Positions 40,254 to 50,994 of a DNA stretch of 64,000 bases are shown piece by piece; the stretch's first letter is position 1; every line of letters begins with the position of its first letter. Source of the DNA: an uncultured archaeon (GTDB taxonomy: Archaea > Thermoplasmatota > Thermoplasmata > Thermoplasmatales > Thermoplasmataceae); contig CP009479.1 in NCBI GenBank assembly GCA_000965745.1, forward strand, positions 160,001-224,000, written 5' to 3'. Made by a program: the position numbers and the translations under genes. The notes beneath the pieces were generated by a model. That model ran no database searches. It saw nothing but the letters and a program-made list of their open reading frames with translations, and was not told the DNA's origin.

Positions 40254-41558
40254 GTGATCCATCTGGACAGGAAGGCGTCGATAGCAATGGCATTGGTCTT
40301 GATTGTGGTATTTTCCGGGCTTGCTGCCATCATGCATGCCAATGGGCAGCGAAATGCCGGCGTCAGTTCACCAAAAGTGTCCTACAAACCTTCCACGACA
40401 CACTATTATCCGATCCGCCTTGTTGAGCATGGGCTGCCTGAATACTGGTACTGGTATGCGGAGATAGGGCCTGCCAATGGAACAAACTACGGGTCATACT
40501 CGCCAACAGATGCCAAAACGATGACATACTACGAATCTCCGGGAAACTATTCACTGGAAGTGTGGGCATACGGCTACAACTACCAGACACAAAAGGCGTT
40601 TTACCATGCAAACGTCGTTAACTCCATTGTTGTTGTGAATGTCACGTTCATAGAGCAATACAACGTAACTGTATTCGAGAAGGGGCTGCCGAACGGTACC
40701 GGCTGGGAAATGAACCTTATTCCAGATGTACAGTATCCGCCTACCTACTCTGCCTCAACCCCGCCGTTCAGAAAAAGCCTGTGGACATGGGTGCCTAACG
40801 GGACTTACACACTACAGGTCGGAGAGATGGAAGATTACCAGCTCACACCCTATGCGTTCAGCACACAGGTGAATGTTAACGGAAGCAACCTCAACTATAC
40901 AATTCCATTCAATGGTGTCAAGATTACCGAATCCGGGCTCGATAACAACACTTCGTGGGGCCTGTACAGGTCAAGCGGCTACGGAAGCTATATCGCTGGC
41001 CCAACAACGAACAGGTCGATCAGCCTGTACCTGCCGGCAGGGGGCTTAAAGATGAGGTTTGTTGCGGATGGGTATTACTCAAGCACACTCAATTTCAACA
41101 ACGATGTTCCCAATCGGACAGTAATTGCCCATTTCGAGAAAGGTTACAATGTCACCTTTGTGGAGCACGGGCTGCCGGATATTGCCCATAATTCTTGGTA
41201 CGTGAAAGGATTCGCGGTGGCATTCCACGGCGGAAATTCTTACATATACGGGAAGAACAGTTCCACATTCCTGGTCCCTGATGGAACCTACGGGTACAAT
41301 ATATCTTTTGGCCAGCAAGCTTGGGACGTCAATGGGAACATGTATTTACTCAACATAACAAGAAATGCCACAGGCAGTTCCTTCACGGTGGACGGAAGCA
41401 ATGTTACCGTGAATGTCTACTTCAATGCCGTAGTCGTGAAGAATCTCTCATACCGGCCCCCGGTTACTGCAGGTAAGCTTGTTTTATACGCCTTCATGGG
41501 GTTCATCGCTGCGGGGGTGGCTGTAGAGGCGATCTATTTCAGAAGAAGGAGAATCTGA
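40254..41558 (+). CDS. membrane-anchored surface glycoprotein with thermopsin-type (E.GLP..W) repeats
   Basis: N-terminal signal/TM helix. Four repeats (VEHGLP, FEKGLP, TESGLD, VEHGLP) and many NxS/T sites. C-terminal TM followed by RRRR. Confidence 0.8.
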   Translation: MIHLDRKASIAMALVLIVVFSGLAAIMHANGQRNAGVSSPKVSYKPSTTHYYPIRLVEHGLPEYWYWYAEIGPANGTNYGSYSPTDAKTMTYYESPGNYSLEVWAYGYNYQTQKAFYHANVVNSIVVVNVTFIEQYNVTVFEKGLPNGTGWEMNLIPDVQYPPTYSASTPPFRKSLWTWVPNGTYTLQVGEMEDYQLTPYAFSTQVNVNGSNLNYTIPFNGVKITESGLDNNTSWGLYRSSGYGSYIAGPTTNRSISLYLPAGGLKMRFVADGYYSSTLNFNNDVPNRTVIAHFEKGYNVTFVEHGLPDIAHNSWYVKGFAVAFHGGNSYIYGKNSSTFLVPDGTYGYNISFGQQAWDVNGNMYLLNITRNATGSSFTVDGSNVTVNVYFNAVVVKNLSYRPPVTAGKLVLYAFMGFIAAGVAVEAIYFRRRRI

Positions 41559-41646
41559 TGCCCGGACCCGTTCGGGAGCCTCCTTCCAGGGTAGTTTCTT
41601 AGAATTATGGTGCATAGCTTATAAAGGAACAACAGGTAATTGGTTT

Positions 41647-42588
41647 GTGCCTTCTGACCGCGTCAAGAGTTTTATCGTAATACTCATACTGGCAACCACT
41701 GCCACAATGGGGTACATCCTGACTGAGCAGTCCCTCTTCCCTGTGTATCTTGCGAAGCCTTTTCAGATGGCCGTGTCGATCTTGATAGGGCTAGTTTTCT
41801 ATTACTTCATATCTGGACTTTCACCCGCCATAAAGGACCGGAGGATGAGGTTCACCCTTCGCAAGATTGCAGCATTTATCGCGGTAAGCGTGATCCTTGT
41901 CGGGTTCCTGGCGACATGGATCCATGAGGTCACCATACTTGCGCTGTCCGCAGGCCTTGTTGCCGCAGGGGTGTCATTCTCGCTGAGGGAGCCTATCACC
42001 AGCCTCGTTGGGTGGTTCATAATAATCTTCAACCGCCCATTTTCTGTGGGTGACCGGATCAACATGAATGCCGTGGAGGGAGATGTTATTGATTACAACC
42101 TCTTCCAGATCAAGCTGATGGAGATCGGCCAGTGGACTGATTCCAATATGTACACCGGAAGAATATTAAGTGCCCCAACAAGCTGGGTTCTGACCCACTC
42201 CATATACAACTATACACAAGATTTCAGCTTCATCTGGGACAGGATCTGGGTTGGCCTGCTTTACGGGGAGAATTACGAGAAGGTGAGCGCGGATTTGAAG
42301 GAAATCACCGAGAAACATGTCCAGGACATTGTTGAAGGGGCAGAGAGATCCTATAAGCGGCTTTCGAAGAAATATTTCTCTCATGTCTCGAATTTTGAGC
42401 CTTCCGTTTATCTAAGCTTCAACAGCAACTGGGTCGAGCTCAACATAAGGTACGTAACTGATGCCAGAACCAGGACCAGAACGAGAAGCATGATATCCAG
42501 AGACATCCTGGACTACATTTCAAAAAACGGCATCAGGGTTGCGTCAACCAGCATGAACATCAACCTGACCGGTGAGGAAAAAAGCTGA
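41647..42588 (+). CDS. mscS: small-conductance mechanosensitive channel
   Basis: AGLVAAGVSFSLRE...RPFSVGDRI...GDV motif. Confidence 0.9.
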   Translation: MPSDRVKSFIVILILATTATMGYILTEQSLFPVYLAKPFQMAVSILIGLVFYYFISGLSPAIKDRRMRFTLRKIAAFIAVSVILVGFLATWIHEVTILALSAGLVAAGVSFSLREPITSLVGWFIIIFNRPFSVGDRINMNAVEGDVIDYNLFQIKLMEIGQWTDSNMYTGRILSAPTSWVLTHSIYNYTQDFSFIWDRIWVGLLYGENYEKVSADLKEITEKHVQDIVEGAERSYKRLSKKYFSHVSNFEPSVYLSFNSNWVELNIRYVTDARTRTRTRSMISRDILDYISKNGIRVASTSMNINLTGEEKS

Positions 42589-42626
42589 AAGGCCGCCCTC
42601 CCATGCCTTTTATAAAAAGAGGAGGA

Positions 42627-43559
42627 TCAGCCCACGAATATCGGGTTCCTTTCCCTGACAAAGGTTCCCTTCTGGAGGTCAAGCATTGCCTCTCTAATCT
42701 GCTCATCCGAATTCATGACAATGGGGCCGTACCAGTGTACAGGTTCCTTCAAGGGCTTTCCTGAAAGCAGTATGAATCTGGCGGGCGAATCTTCCGTCCT
42801 CACGGATACATATTCGCCGTCTTCTGAAAATACCAGTGCCTGGCCGGGGTTGTACGAGCCTTCCTCGCCGTAGTCGAAGTAAGCCTTGCCTCCGATTATG
42901 TAAAGCAATGATGTATATCCGGGATTGATCCTGTAGTGGAATTCTGACTCGACCGGCATCTTGACGTCGAGATAGGTGGGATCTACCCCGTATGCGCCTT
43001 CAAATGGCCCCTTAACGCCGTTTATCTCTCCCGAAACCACCTTGACGCTGGCGGCGGAGTCTGTTTCCACTACCGGAATGTTATGGCCCTTCATGTCTCT
43101 GTAAGTGGGAGTTGTCATCTTGTGCTTCGCAGGGAGGTTGATCCAGAGCTGGAATCCAGTTACGTTGGTCGGCAGGCCCACTGCCTTCAGCAATTCATCA
43201 GGGTCGTTCTCATCGAGCGGCTTCGGCATTTCCTGGTGGAAAATCCCGCTTCCCGCGGTCATCCACTGCAAGTCCGAGGGGAAGATCACTCCGCTGTTTC
43301 CCTCGCTGTCTTCGTGGTATACCTTTCCCTCAAGGAGATATGTTACAGTCTCTATCCCCCTGTGGGGATGCCAGGGGAATCCTGAAAGATACTCTTCCGG
43401 CTTTGAGGAACCGAAGTGGTCAAAGAGCAGGAAAGGATCGGTTATTGAAGCCGAGTACTGTCCGCCGAGGACCCTTTTTAGTCTCACCCCGGCACCGTCA
43501 ATTGCATCCTTTCCTGTGAATACCTGTGAAATTTTCTTTATCTTCATATTTTCTGCCAT
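42627..43559 (-). CDS. pirin family protein
   Basis: DPFLLFDH, FPWHPHRGIETVTY, QWMTAGSGIFHQE and GPIVMN motifs. Confidence 0.95.
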   Translation of the reverse strand: MAENMKIKKISQVFTGKDAIDGAGVRLKRVLGGQYSASITDPFLLFDHFGSSKPEEYLSGFPWHPHRGIETVTYLLEGKVYHEDSEGNSGVIFPSDLQWMTAGSGIFHQEMPKPLDENDPDELLKAVGLPTNVTGFQLWINLPAKHKMTTPTYRDMKGHNIPVVETDSAASVKVVSGEINGVKGPFEGAYGVDPTYLDVKMPVESEFHYRINPGYTSLLYIIGGKAYFDYGEEGSYNPGQALVFSEDGEYVSVRTEDSPARFILLSGKPLKEPVHWYGPIVMNSDEQIREAMLDLQKGTFVRERNPIFVG

Positions 43560-43739
43560 TTTTTGCCCCCTTGTGATTATTGAATTCCAAACTGGTATAT
43601 GTCCGTTAGGCGACCTGAAAACAATCAGGTAGTAGCCATGCAATCAGGTGGCGCATCTGCAATCCTGCCCGGAATGAATGCCGGAAACACAGGTATGAGG
43701 TCGTGATGCCTGCATTGCCAGATTACTGTCTTCCTTGAT

Positions 43740-44309
43740 TCAACTTCCCATGGATTTCAACTTTTCAATCAGTTCGCTTGCCTCTTTCCTGCTCAGATCG
43801 TCCTCTGACAGTTTTCCATGATCCTTCATGTACTTGCTGGCTGCTGCAACACTATCCTCATTCTTCTGAAGGCTCTTAATGAACTTGACCTGCTTCGGCG
43901 TGGCTTTCAGCTGGGTGGGGTCCAGGCGCTCGCCCTTGGGTGTCTGCATAAGCCTGTCTATGAGGTCTGATGCCTCCGGTATTGACAGGACGTTGACAGA
44001 ATCCTTGCCGTGATCCTTGAGGTACTGGCTCACCATCTCTATTCGTTCTTCAGTATCCTGGAGGGATGAGAGGAAATTTATCTGCTTTCCTGTTGCAATT
44101 CCCCCGCCCGACTGTTCCCCTTCCACCTTAATGCTTTTCATTGCATCTATCAGTTCGGATGTCTCGGGAACCGACAGTTCACTTATATCGGACTTTCCTT
44201 TTGAAGAAAGGTATGACTGCAGTTTCTCTTCCCTTTCCTCGGATGCTTCCCTGAGTTTCTTTATAAAATCAAGCTGTTTTCTTGTTGGAGAGGACCTGTT
44301 TTCTTCCAT
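43740..44309 (-). CDS. protein of three tandem T.KQ..FI..L helical repeats
   Basis: Repeats begin PTRKQLDFI, ATGKQINFL and ATPKQVKFI. Each ends LS..E[AT]S.LI[DE]. Confidence 0.8.
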   Translation of the reverse strand: MEENRSSPTRKQLDFIKKLREASEEREEKLQSYLSSKGKSDISELSVPETSELIDAMKSIKVEGEQSGGGIATGKQINFLSSLQDTEERIEMVSQYLKDHGKDSVNVLSIPEASDLIDRLMQTPKGERLDPTQLKATPKQVKFIKSLQKNEDSVAAASKYMKDHGKLSEDDLSRKEASELIEKLKSMGS

Positions 44310-44534
44310 GATAATACACACCGGTGAATCGTGGCGGCACCTCTTCTTCAGAAAGATGCCATTAATCGCTATACGAATACTTCCTATAAATGTTAGATCT
44401 AGAGGAGCAAATCCAACCTTTGCCTCCAACCCTGCCTTGATTTTTGCACGTCCCTTGTTTTAGCCGGTTCTGGCTCAATTCCTCATTTCATGGAGTCACA
44501 GGAACCGTTTTTCCCGTAAAGCAATTATAAGAGC

Positions 44535-44708
44535 ATGGTAACAAAGCGCGAGTACGAAAAGATTTACAATGCAGCACGCAAGGAGCAGCTTGAGCAGGAT
44601 ATCGCCATGATAAAGGATATAGTGGAAAGGAGCGAGGATTACATGGATTTCAGGGCCAAGCTTTCTGATGAGCTGAGGAAACTCGACCTGAATGTAATAG
44701 AGGAGTGA
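44535..44708 (+). CDS. small charged helical protein (57 aa, below ORF-track cutoff)
   Basis: Translated by hand: MVTKREYEKIYNAARKEQLEQDIAMIKDIVERSEDYMDFRAKLSDELRKLDLNVIEE. Codon usage is host-like and it fills the intergenic gap. Confidence 0.65.
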   Translation: MVTKREYEKIYNAARKEQLEQDIAMIKDIVERSEDYMDFRAKLSDELRKLDLNVIEE

Positions 44709-44778
44709 ATTTTAACTCCCCCCGTGAAATCTGAATTCGTTTTAGGCATAACCCTAATAAATCGCAAGCTCCTGATAT

Positions 44779-46143
44779 GTGATTATGCAGAGTGAGGCCG
44801 GCGGCTCGGGCGCGTACCGGAATTCTGTTTCCCTTGGCAGGGATTCCAGGAAAGCTGTTATCTCACAGTTTTTCGGTTTTTTTGCGGATGCGTATGACCT
44901 GACACTTGTTCTTGCTTCCTCACTCATTCTCACTGCAGTCTTCCTGCCTCCGGAAATACCAGAGCTTGTCAGGGCTTTTGAGCTGGTATTCTCGTATTCC
45001 CTTACCATTATCGCCAGGCCCCTTGGGTCAGCAATATTCGGCAACTATGGGGACAGGATAGGCAGGAGGAGGATACTCCTCATTACAGTATACAGCGACA
45101 TAATCTTTGCCGCCGCCATAGCACTTCTCCCGGACTACAGGCAGGCAGGGTACCTGGGCTTCATCCTGTATTCAGTCATCAGGTTCGGCCTTGGCATATT
45201 CCTTGGCGGGGAATATTCTGCCGGGCACCCCTACGCGATGGAGTGGACACCAGAAAGGCTCAGGGGGAGAATGAGCGGCCTGGTCCAGGGAGGCTTCTCG
45301 CTCGGAGCTGCCCTTTCTGCAGGAGTAGTTGCGCTTTTCATAAATTTCTTCGGTTTCGATGCCCTTGCCGGTTATGCGTGGAGACTGCTCATAATAACGA
45401 TCTTCATCCCACTCATCCCTGTCCTCCTGATCAGGTTCTCAATCAGGGAAAGCCCGGTCTTCGAAGCCATACTGAAGGAGGAGAGAAGGGAGAAGTTCCC
45501 AATAATGGCACTGTTCAGAAAGCCCGTTGTAAAGGACCTTCTGCAGGTCATGACCGTGATGACCGGACTTTTTTTCCTTTCCTATGTGCTCTTTGCCTAC
45601 GTCCCCATAATTCTTGGCAGTGCCCCGTCAACACTGAGCTCCGGGCAGGTTTCGATAGTTCTTGTTGCCTCGTACACAGCAGCTTTCTTTGGCGCCTTTG
45701 CCACAGGGTCAGCATCCCAGAAATACGGCCGCAGGACTATGGGGATGGTAATTGCCGCTATCTCCGGCATACTGGCAGTCCCGCTGTACTATCTCCTTTT
45801 CACTCTTCCGTCCTCGGGAGAAATATATCTCACAATCCTAGCAGGAATGGCGACAGGCATAATAACGCAGGCTGCCTGGGGGCTTGTTCCGGTGTACCTC
45901 ACAGAGAGGTTCAGCGCAACCCACCGTGCATCGGGGGCAGGATTCGGATACTCTTCGGGAATATTTGTCGGCGGGTGGTTCAGCGTGTACATTCCACTGA
46001 TGCACACCTACCTGTTCGGAGCGGTTGACACCTCAACGAATGTGTGGTTTTCCACTGCAGTGCTGATGATCATAGGCGCCCTTCTGACCGGCATTGGCTT
46101 CTACAAAGGACCGGAAACCGCAGGCTCAAACCTCGGGAAATGA
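44779..46143 (+). CDS. MFS transporter (metabolite:H+ symporter-like)
   Basis: DAYD, ARPLG...GDRIGRR, GGEY, ESPVF and ERF...R motifs. Confidence 0.92.
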   Translation: MIMQSEAGGSGAYRNSVSLGRDSRKAVISQFFGFFADAYDLTLVLASSLILTAVFLPPEIPELVRAFELVFSYSLTIIARPLGSAIFGNYGDRIGRRRILLITVYSDIIFAAAIALLPDYRQAGYLGFILYSVIRFGLGIFLGGEYSAGHPYAMEWTPERLRGRMSGLVQGGFSLGAALSAGVVALFINFFGFDALAGYAWRLLIITIFIPLIPVLLIRFSIRESPVFEAILKEERREKFPIMALFRKPVVKDLLQVMTVMTGLFFLSYVLFAYVPIILGSAPSTLSSGQVSIVLVASYTAAFFGAFATGSASQKYGRRTMGMVIAAISGILAVPLYYLLFTLPSSGEIYLTILAGMATGIITQAAWGLVPVYLTERFSATHRASGAGFGYSSGIFVGGWFSVYIPLMHTYLFGAVDTSTNVWFSTAVLMIIGALLTGIGFYKGPETAGSNLGK

Positions 46144-46426
46144 TGCGGCTCCACTCAGACAGTTCAGGAATGAACTGCGGGAACGAGAACAAAAGTTGCC
46201 GTATACACCATACAGGCACGGCGAATATAAGGAGTCTGAAACTACCCCATGCCGCGGAAGAAAGTGTAATCACCTCTTACTGCGGCAATCGCGTTTTATG
46301 GTTCAGTACACTATTGAAGGAATAGTGTGCCGGATGTCGTTCCAGGGGCCCATATAGAAAACTCTCAACTATAATCCCTCAAGTGTTAGGGTCTATGGTT
46401 TAAAAACACACACAAATATTTTTCAT

Positions 46427-47515
46427 ATGAATGATTCCCGATCGACCGAAAACCTTCCGAGAATGCAGATAAACGACATCTCGAGATATCTGGGGACAGC
46501 CGGCTCCATGATAAGGTCCAGGTTATTCACCCATACGCCGTTCTTTCTTGCCCATGCCGTAACATTCGGTTGCAATTCGAGATGCCAGAGCTGCACCTAC
46601 TGGAAGCTTACTCCCAAGATGAAGTATGACCTGCCTACAGAGGAGGTTTTCCAGCTTCTTGATGAGGCTTACGCCGCTGGAATGCGTGGATACTACATGT
46701 TCGGCGGTGAACCTCTTGTAAGGAGAGATATCGGTGAGATCGTCGATTATGCCAAACACAAGGGCTTCGTTACGGTGATGAACACCAACGGATCATTCCT
46801 AGAAAAAAAATCACGTGAACTCGAAAACCTTGATTTTGCTTTTGTCTCTGTGGACTACTTCAACGATTACGACGACATAATCCGTGGAAGATCAGGCACC
46901 TTCAACGAAGCGATGAGAGGCATCGGAGTAATGAGAAGCACCACTAATGCCAAGATAGCACTCGTTACAACCATAAGCAGGCTGAACTGGACAGCAATCG
47001 AGCCAATGGCGAAGCTTGCCAGGGGAATGGGCATTGGCATATCCTTCAACTCCATCGAGCAGTCAATGGACTTCGGGCTCACCACCAACGAGACAACACC
47101 TAATTTTGATATCGGGCTCAGCAGTGAAAGGCTCCAGGAATTCTACAGAATCCTGCTGAAACTGAAGAGGGAAGGTTATCCCCTGATGGAGACCGAGAAG
47201 GTCCTGAGGGAGTACGTTGAGGGGAAACCCTGGAAGTGCGACTTTCCCAAGATGTTCGTGTATGTAACGCCCGACAAGAAGATCTACAACTGCAACTACG
47301 CCTACCACTATGACCTGAAGGAAGGGAGCTTCAGTGACTACTTCAGTGGGCAGGATTTCACAAATTATGTGAAGGAGGCAGAGTCTTGCAACAGGTGCGT
47401 GAGGACCTGCGTCAGAGGTTACTCCTACACCTACAACATGCTTCCGGCCCAGATTCTTGGGCTTGCAGGGCAGGCAAAGAGCCTCTTCAACACCGAGAAG
47501 CCTGTCAAGCTCTGA
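46427..47515 (+). CDS. radical SAM protein with C-terminal Cys-rich domain
   Basis: CNSRCQSC, GGEPL and NTNG, plus C-terminal C...C...CNRCVRTC. Confidence 0.9.
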   Translation: MNDSRSTENLPRMQINDISRYLGTAGSMIRSRLFTHTPFFLAHAVTFGCNSRCQSCTYWKLTPKMKYDLPTEEVFQLLDEAYAAGMRGYYMFGGEPLVRRDIGEIVDYAKHKGFVTVMNTNGSFLEKKSRELENLDFAFVSVDYFNDYDDIIRGRSGTFNEAMRGIGVMRSTTNAKIALVTTISRLNWTAIEPMAKLARGMGIGISFNSIEQSMDFGLTTNETTPNFDIGLSSERLQEFYRILLKLKREGYPLMETEKVLREYVEGKPWKCDFPKMFVYVTPDKKIYNCNYAYHYDLKEGSFSDYFSGQDFTNYVKEAESCNRCVRTCVRGYSYTYNMLPAQILGLAGQAKSLFNTEKPVKL

Positions 47516-47600
47516 GCAGTAACCGCTTAATCAAGAAATCTTAAGTAAGATTCAGGCTTATTTGCATGTACAACACAGAAGTGTTTGGAGATTTGGTAAA

Positions 47601-48173
47601 ATGGCTAAAATATTGATTCTGACCGGCGATGCCGGAGAAGCCCTGGAAGTCATGTACCCGTACCAGCGACTCATGGAGGAGGGCTATGAGGTTCACATAG
47701 CAGCTCCACAGAAGAAGACGATAAGGACAGTAATACACGATTTCGAGCCAGGTTTTGACACCTACACCGAAAAGCCGGGATACAGGGTGGAAGCAAACCT
47801 GTCGTTCAAGGAAGTCGAGCCCTCAGACTACGTTGCCCTGGTAATACCGGGAGGAAGGGCACCTGAATACATCAGAAATGACCCTGATTTTCCACGTATT
47901 GTTCAGTATTTCTTCGACAGGAACCTCCCGGTGGCAGAACTCTGCCACGCGCCACTTGGACTCGCCAGTGCGGGAGTATTGAAAGGAAGGACAACTGCTG
48001 CCTATCCGGCACTGGAACCTGATGTCAAGGCCGCGGGAGGAATATTCAAGGACGGTGCGGCTGTAGTGGATGGCAACCTGGTGTCTGCCAGGGCCTGGCC
48101 TGACCACCCGGAATGGATGAGGGAGTTTATCAAGCTTCTGAAAAAAAAGAGCGCGGCAAAGGCAGTAGCCTGA
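47601..48173 (+). CDS. DJ-1/PfpI family protein
   Basis: EALEVMYP, IPGGRAPEY, ELCHAP and SARAWPDH motifs. Confidence 0.93.
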   Translation: MAKILILTGDAGEALEVMYPYQRLMEEGYEVHIAAPQKKTIRTVIHDFEPGFDTYTEKPGYRVEANLSFKEVEPSDYVALVIPGGRAPEYIRNDPDFPRIVQYFFDRNLPVAELCHAPLGLASAGVLKGRTTAAYPALEPDVKAAGGIFKDGAAVVDGNLVSARAWPDHPEWMREFIKLLKKKSAAKAVA

Positions 48174-48235
48174 TTCGCCGCAGCTTGCCAATTTTTCCCA
48201 GTGGCTGCCAGCCAGGAGTGCATGTTGACTCTGTG

Positions 48236-49402
48236 CTAACTGGAAAGAAGTTTAAGCGATGTCCTGACGAGTATCTCTGTTCCATATTTCATGGCACTTT
48301 CGTCGACGTCATAGGTAGGGCTGTGCTGTGGGCTTGTTATCCCCTTTTCATCGTTTCTCACGCCAAGGAAGTAAAATGCCCCGGGAACCTCTTTCACATA
48401 ATACGCGAAGTCCTCGCCACCCATATCCGGCTCGGGATGCAGTATTGAGCCTTCGCCTAAAACTTCCTTTGCCACATCCTCTATGACCAGTGCGATGTCA
48501 TTGTTGTTTATGAGTGCAGGGTATCCCTTGGCGTACTCAAACTCATATTCACAGCCTGTTGATTTGCTGATTCCTTCAAGCATCCTTTCGAGTTCATGCC
48601 TGACAGTCTCCCGGGTCTCTTCGTCAAAAGTCCTGACAGTCCCCGTAAGTTCCGCGTAGGGAGCTATTATATTGTACCTGTACCCGGAATTCATTGTGCC
48701 GAATGTCACCACTGCAGATTTGAACGGAGGTATTCTCCGGGAAATTATAGTCTGGGCCTGCACCACATACTGGCAGGCAATTGCCAGTGCATCCACGGCT
48801 TCCTGAGGTGCTGAACCATGCCCGCCGATTCCCTTGATCTTAATGGTGAACTGGTCCGCGTTGGCCATCATCGGGCCATAATTTATGGCAGCTGTTCCGG
48901 CAGGATATCGTGATATTGAATGCTGGCCGATCACGTAGTCCACACCCTTGAGTGCGCCTCCCCTGATCAGCTCTACCGCGCCTCCCGGAGGGCTCTCCTC
49001 GGCTGCCTGAAACAGCATCCTCACGGTACCCCTGAATTCATCCCTTTTTCCGGCAAGGATTTTCGCCGCCCCAAGCGCCATCGCAATATGGGAATCGTGG
49101 CCGCAAGCATGCATCACGCCTTCTGTTCCTGACGCAAAATCGAGATCATTCTCCTCCTTTACGGGGAGGGCATCAATATCTGCCCTGACGGCAACCGTCT
49201 TCCCGCCGGAAGAGCCACTGATGTCTGCAACAACACCAGTTTCCCCTGTCCTTTTTGGCTCCAGGCCGAAAGACTTCAGCTCCTCCTCTATCCTGCCGGC
49301 AGTCCTGAATTCCTTGAAACTGAGTTCAGGGTTTGCATGAAAGTGCCTCCTCATTCTGACAACATAATCCTCTACTTCCAGAGAGTCCATTTTTCCAGCC
49401 AT
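48236..49402 (-). CDS. M20 family amidohydrolase
   Basis: RRHFHANPELSF, RADIDALP, MHACGHDSH, QAAEE, GGHGS and GEDF motifs. Confidence 0.95.
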   Translation of the reverse strand: MAGKMDSLEVEDYVVRMRRHFHANPELSFKEFRTAGRIEEELKSFGLEPKRTGETGVVADISGSSGGKTVAVRADIDALPVKEENDLDFASGTEGVMHACGHDSHIAMALGAAKILAGKRDEFRGTVRMLFQAAEESPPGGAVELIRGGALKGVDYVIGQHSISRYPAGTAAINYGPMMANADQFTIKIKGIGGHGSAPQEAVDALAIACQYVVQAQTIISRRIPPFKSAVVTFGTMNSGYRYNIIAPYAELTGTVRTFDEETRETVRHELERMLEGISKSTGCEYEFEYAKGYPALINNNDIALVIEDVAKEVLGEGSILHPEPDMGGEDFAYYVKEVPGAFYFLGVRNDEKGITSPQHSPTYDVDESAMKYGTEILVRTSLKLLSS

Positions 49403-49548
49403 TTAAATACTCCGTATCCACATATGGCGTGCATTAATATTTTTGCCTCAACCGGAAGGCCAGTGTCAACTTATGGATGGGACCAAAACTGGTATGAACG
49501 GAAAGAAGCTATCCTAAATACCTTCAGCGATATGGGAGCAAGCACATC

Positions 49549-49791
49549 ATGATAGGACTGGTTGACGGCCTGGGTTTCTTCGCTGACGCACTAATCCTGG
49601 TTGGAGTGTGGATGGTCGGGGACAGGAGGATAGCAGGCTGGTACATCGGCCTGGCGGGAGTGGTTCTATCCCTCTGGTATGCAGCAATCATAAACTCGTA
49701 TCCCATTGTTTTCATAGAAATTGTCTTCATTGGCATCTACGTGAGGAATATTTTCCTGTGGAGGAAGAAGCCTACTTCCGGTTCTTCATGA
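49549..49791 (+). CDS. small 3-TM membrane protein (half-PnuC-like)
   Basis: Three hydrophobic helices with GW and W.K patterns. GGGAG SD. Confidence 0.6.
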   Translation: MIGLVDGLGFFADALILVGVWMVGDRRIAGWYIGLAGVVLSLWYAAIINSYPIVFIEIVFIGIYVRNIFLWRKKPTSGSS

Positions 49792-49884
49792 ACCGATCTG
49801 TTTTCCAATTTTAATCCCTACCATGTAGTAACAGTTTAGAGGTAGAAAGTGATTGCATAAGCCGTAGCAGATTGGATGATTTGT

Positions 49885-50253
49885 ATGGCTAAGGATTTCT
49901 TTTTTGACCTGGAATCGGCGAAGGAAGTGCTCCCCTGGCTCAAAGAGAAGATTGCCAGGCTCGAGGAGCTCGGGATAAGGGGACGGAAGGCCATGGAAGA
50001 GTATGATATTGACTCAGCTGACACATTCACTGTTGAAATCCAGGAAATCCTGGGGCAGATACACGGCAAGGGGATAATTTTGAGAGACCTTTCAGAGATT
50101 CTTGTCGATTTCCCCGCTGTGATAAATAACATGCCCTCCTACCTCTGCTGGCTGCCTGAGGAAGAGGGCATAGAGTACTGGCACTACGCAGACGAGGGTT
50201 TTGCCGGTCGGAAGAGAATTTCTGGAAATGAAAGAATATTGAGTTATCTCTAA
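49885..50253 (+). CDS. DUF2203 family protein
   Basis: LVDFPA...YLCW...YWH...GFAGRK motif. Confidence 0.85.
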   Translation: MAKDFFFDLESAKEVLPWLKEKIARLEELGIRGRKAMEEYDIDSADTFTVEIQEILGQIHGKGIILRDLSEILVDFPAVINNMPSYLCWLPEEEGIEYWHYADEGFAGRKRISGNERILSYL

Positions 50254-50295
50254 ATTCCGTGAGCGATGACCAGAAAGCCGATCTGATGAGGCTAT

Positions 50296-50916
50296 TCACC
50301 TTTGCTTTCCGAGATCTTCCTCGTGTGCAATATTCCTTGATACAGCCATGGCAAGAAGCACCGTACCCACAAGAGCCATGCCAATGCCTGTCCCTCCTAC
50401 GTATCTGGAAGAGTGTTCCACGAGTGTGATGGTGTTGCTTGCCACAATCTGGACATGGACAGGGGAGCCTGAGTTTGCCGTCAAGTTAATTGCGTACTGC
50501 TGGCCCTGAATATTCGGCGTAGGCCCGATACTTATCGTAGAATCGTTGGAGGCGTTGCCCTGGCCCCTGTAGATGTACTGGATCATGTTCAGCAGCTTGT
50601 AGTGCACGTTGTTGTATACGAAAAGCCTGTAGTGCACAGACGACTGCGGCTGTAATTCAAAAGTCACGTTTTCAGTCACGTTGTAGGGCTGGCTTATTAC
50701 AATGGAGGATATGCTCCCGTTTCTCAAAGTTTCGTTAAACCTGCTTACATTTGTTGTTTTCAAGAAATCAGTATAGTTGTAGGATACCTTGATAAGCGAC
50801 AGGCCCAACACTATCAGTACCATGGAAATGACAAAAACCCTGTTTTTCAGAAGCCTCGCCAGAAAAATCCTGGGAGGCGTCATGTGTTTCCTCTTACGTA
50901 TTCTGGTCTTAGGCAA
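50296..50916 (-). CDS. 2-TM membrane protein with extracellular beta domain (tandem paralog 1)
   Basis: Shares LKNRVF, QPYNVTENV, GQGNASN, PTPN.QGQ.Y and SSRY.GGTGIG with the next gene. Confidence 0.8.
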   Translation of the reverse strand: MPKTRIRKRKHMTPPRIFLARLLKNRVFVISMVLIVLGLSLIKVSYNYTDFLKTTNVSRFNETLRNGSISSIVISQPYNVTENVTFELQPQSSVHYRLFVYNNVHYKLLNMIQYIYRGQGNASNDSTISIGPTPNIQGQQYAINLTANSGSPVHVQIVASNTITLVEHSSRYVGGTGIGMALVGTVLLAMAVSRNIAHEEDLGKQR

Positions 50917-50994
50917 CGATATCAGGAACGTTGACTATATTAAAGTATTTAAGTTTTACTATTCATGGCCGAGACTGCATGGATTTCATGGCTG

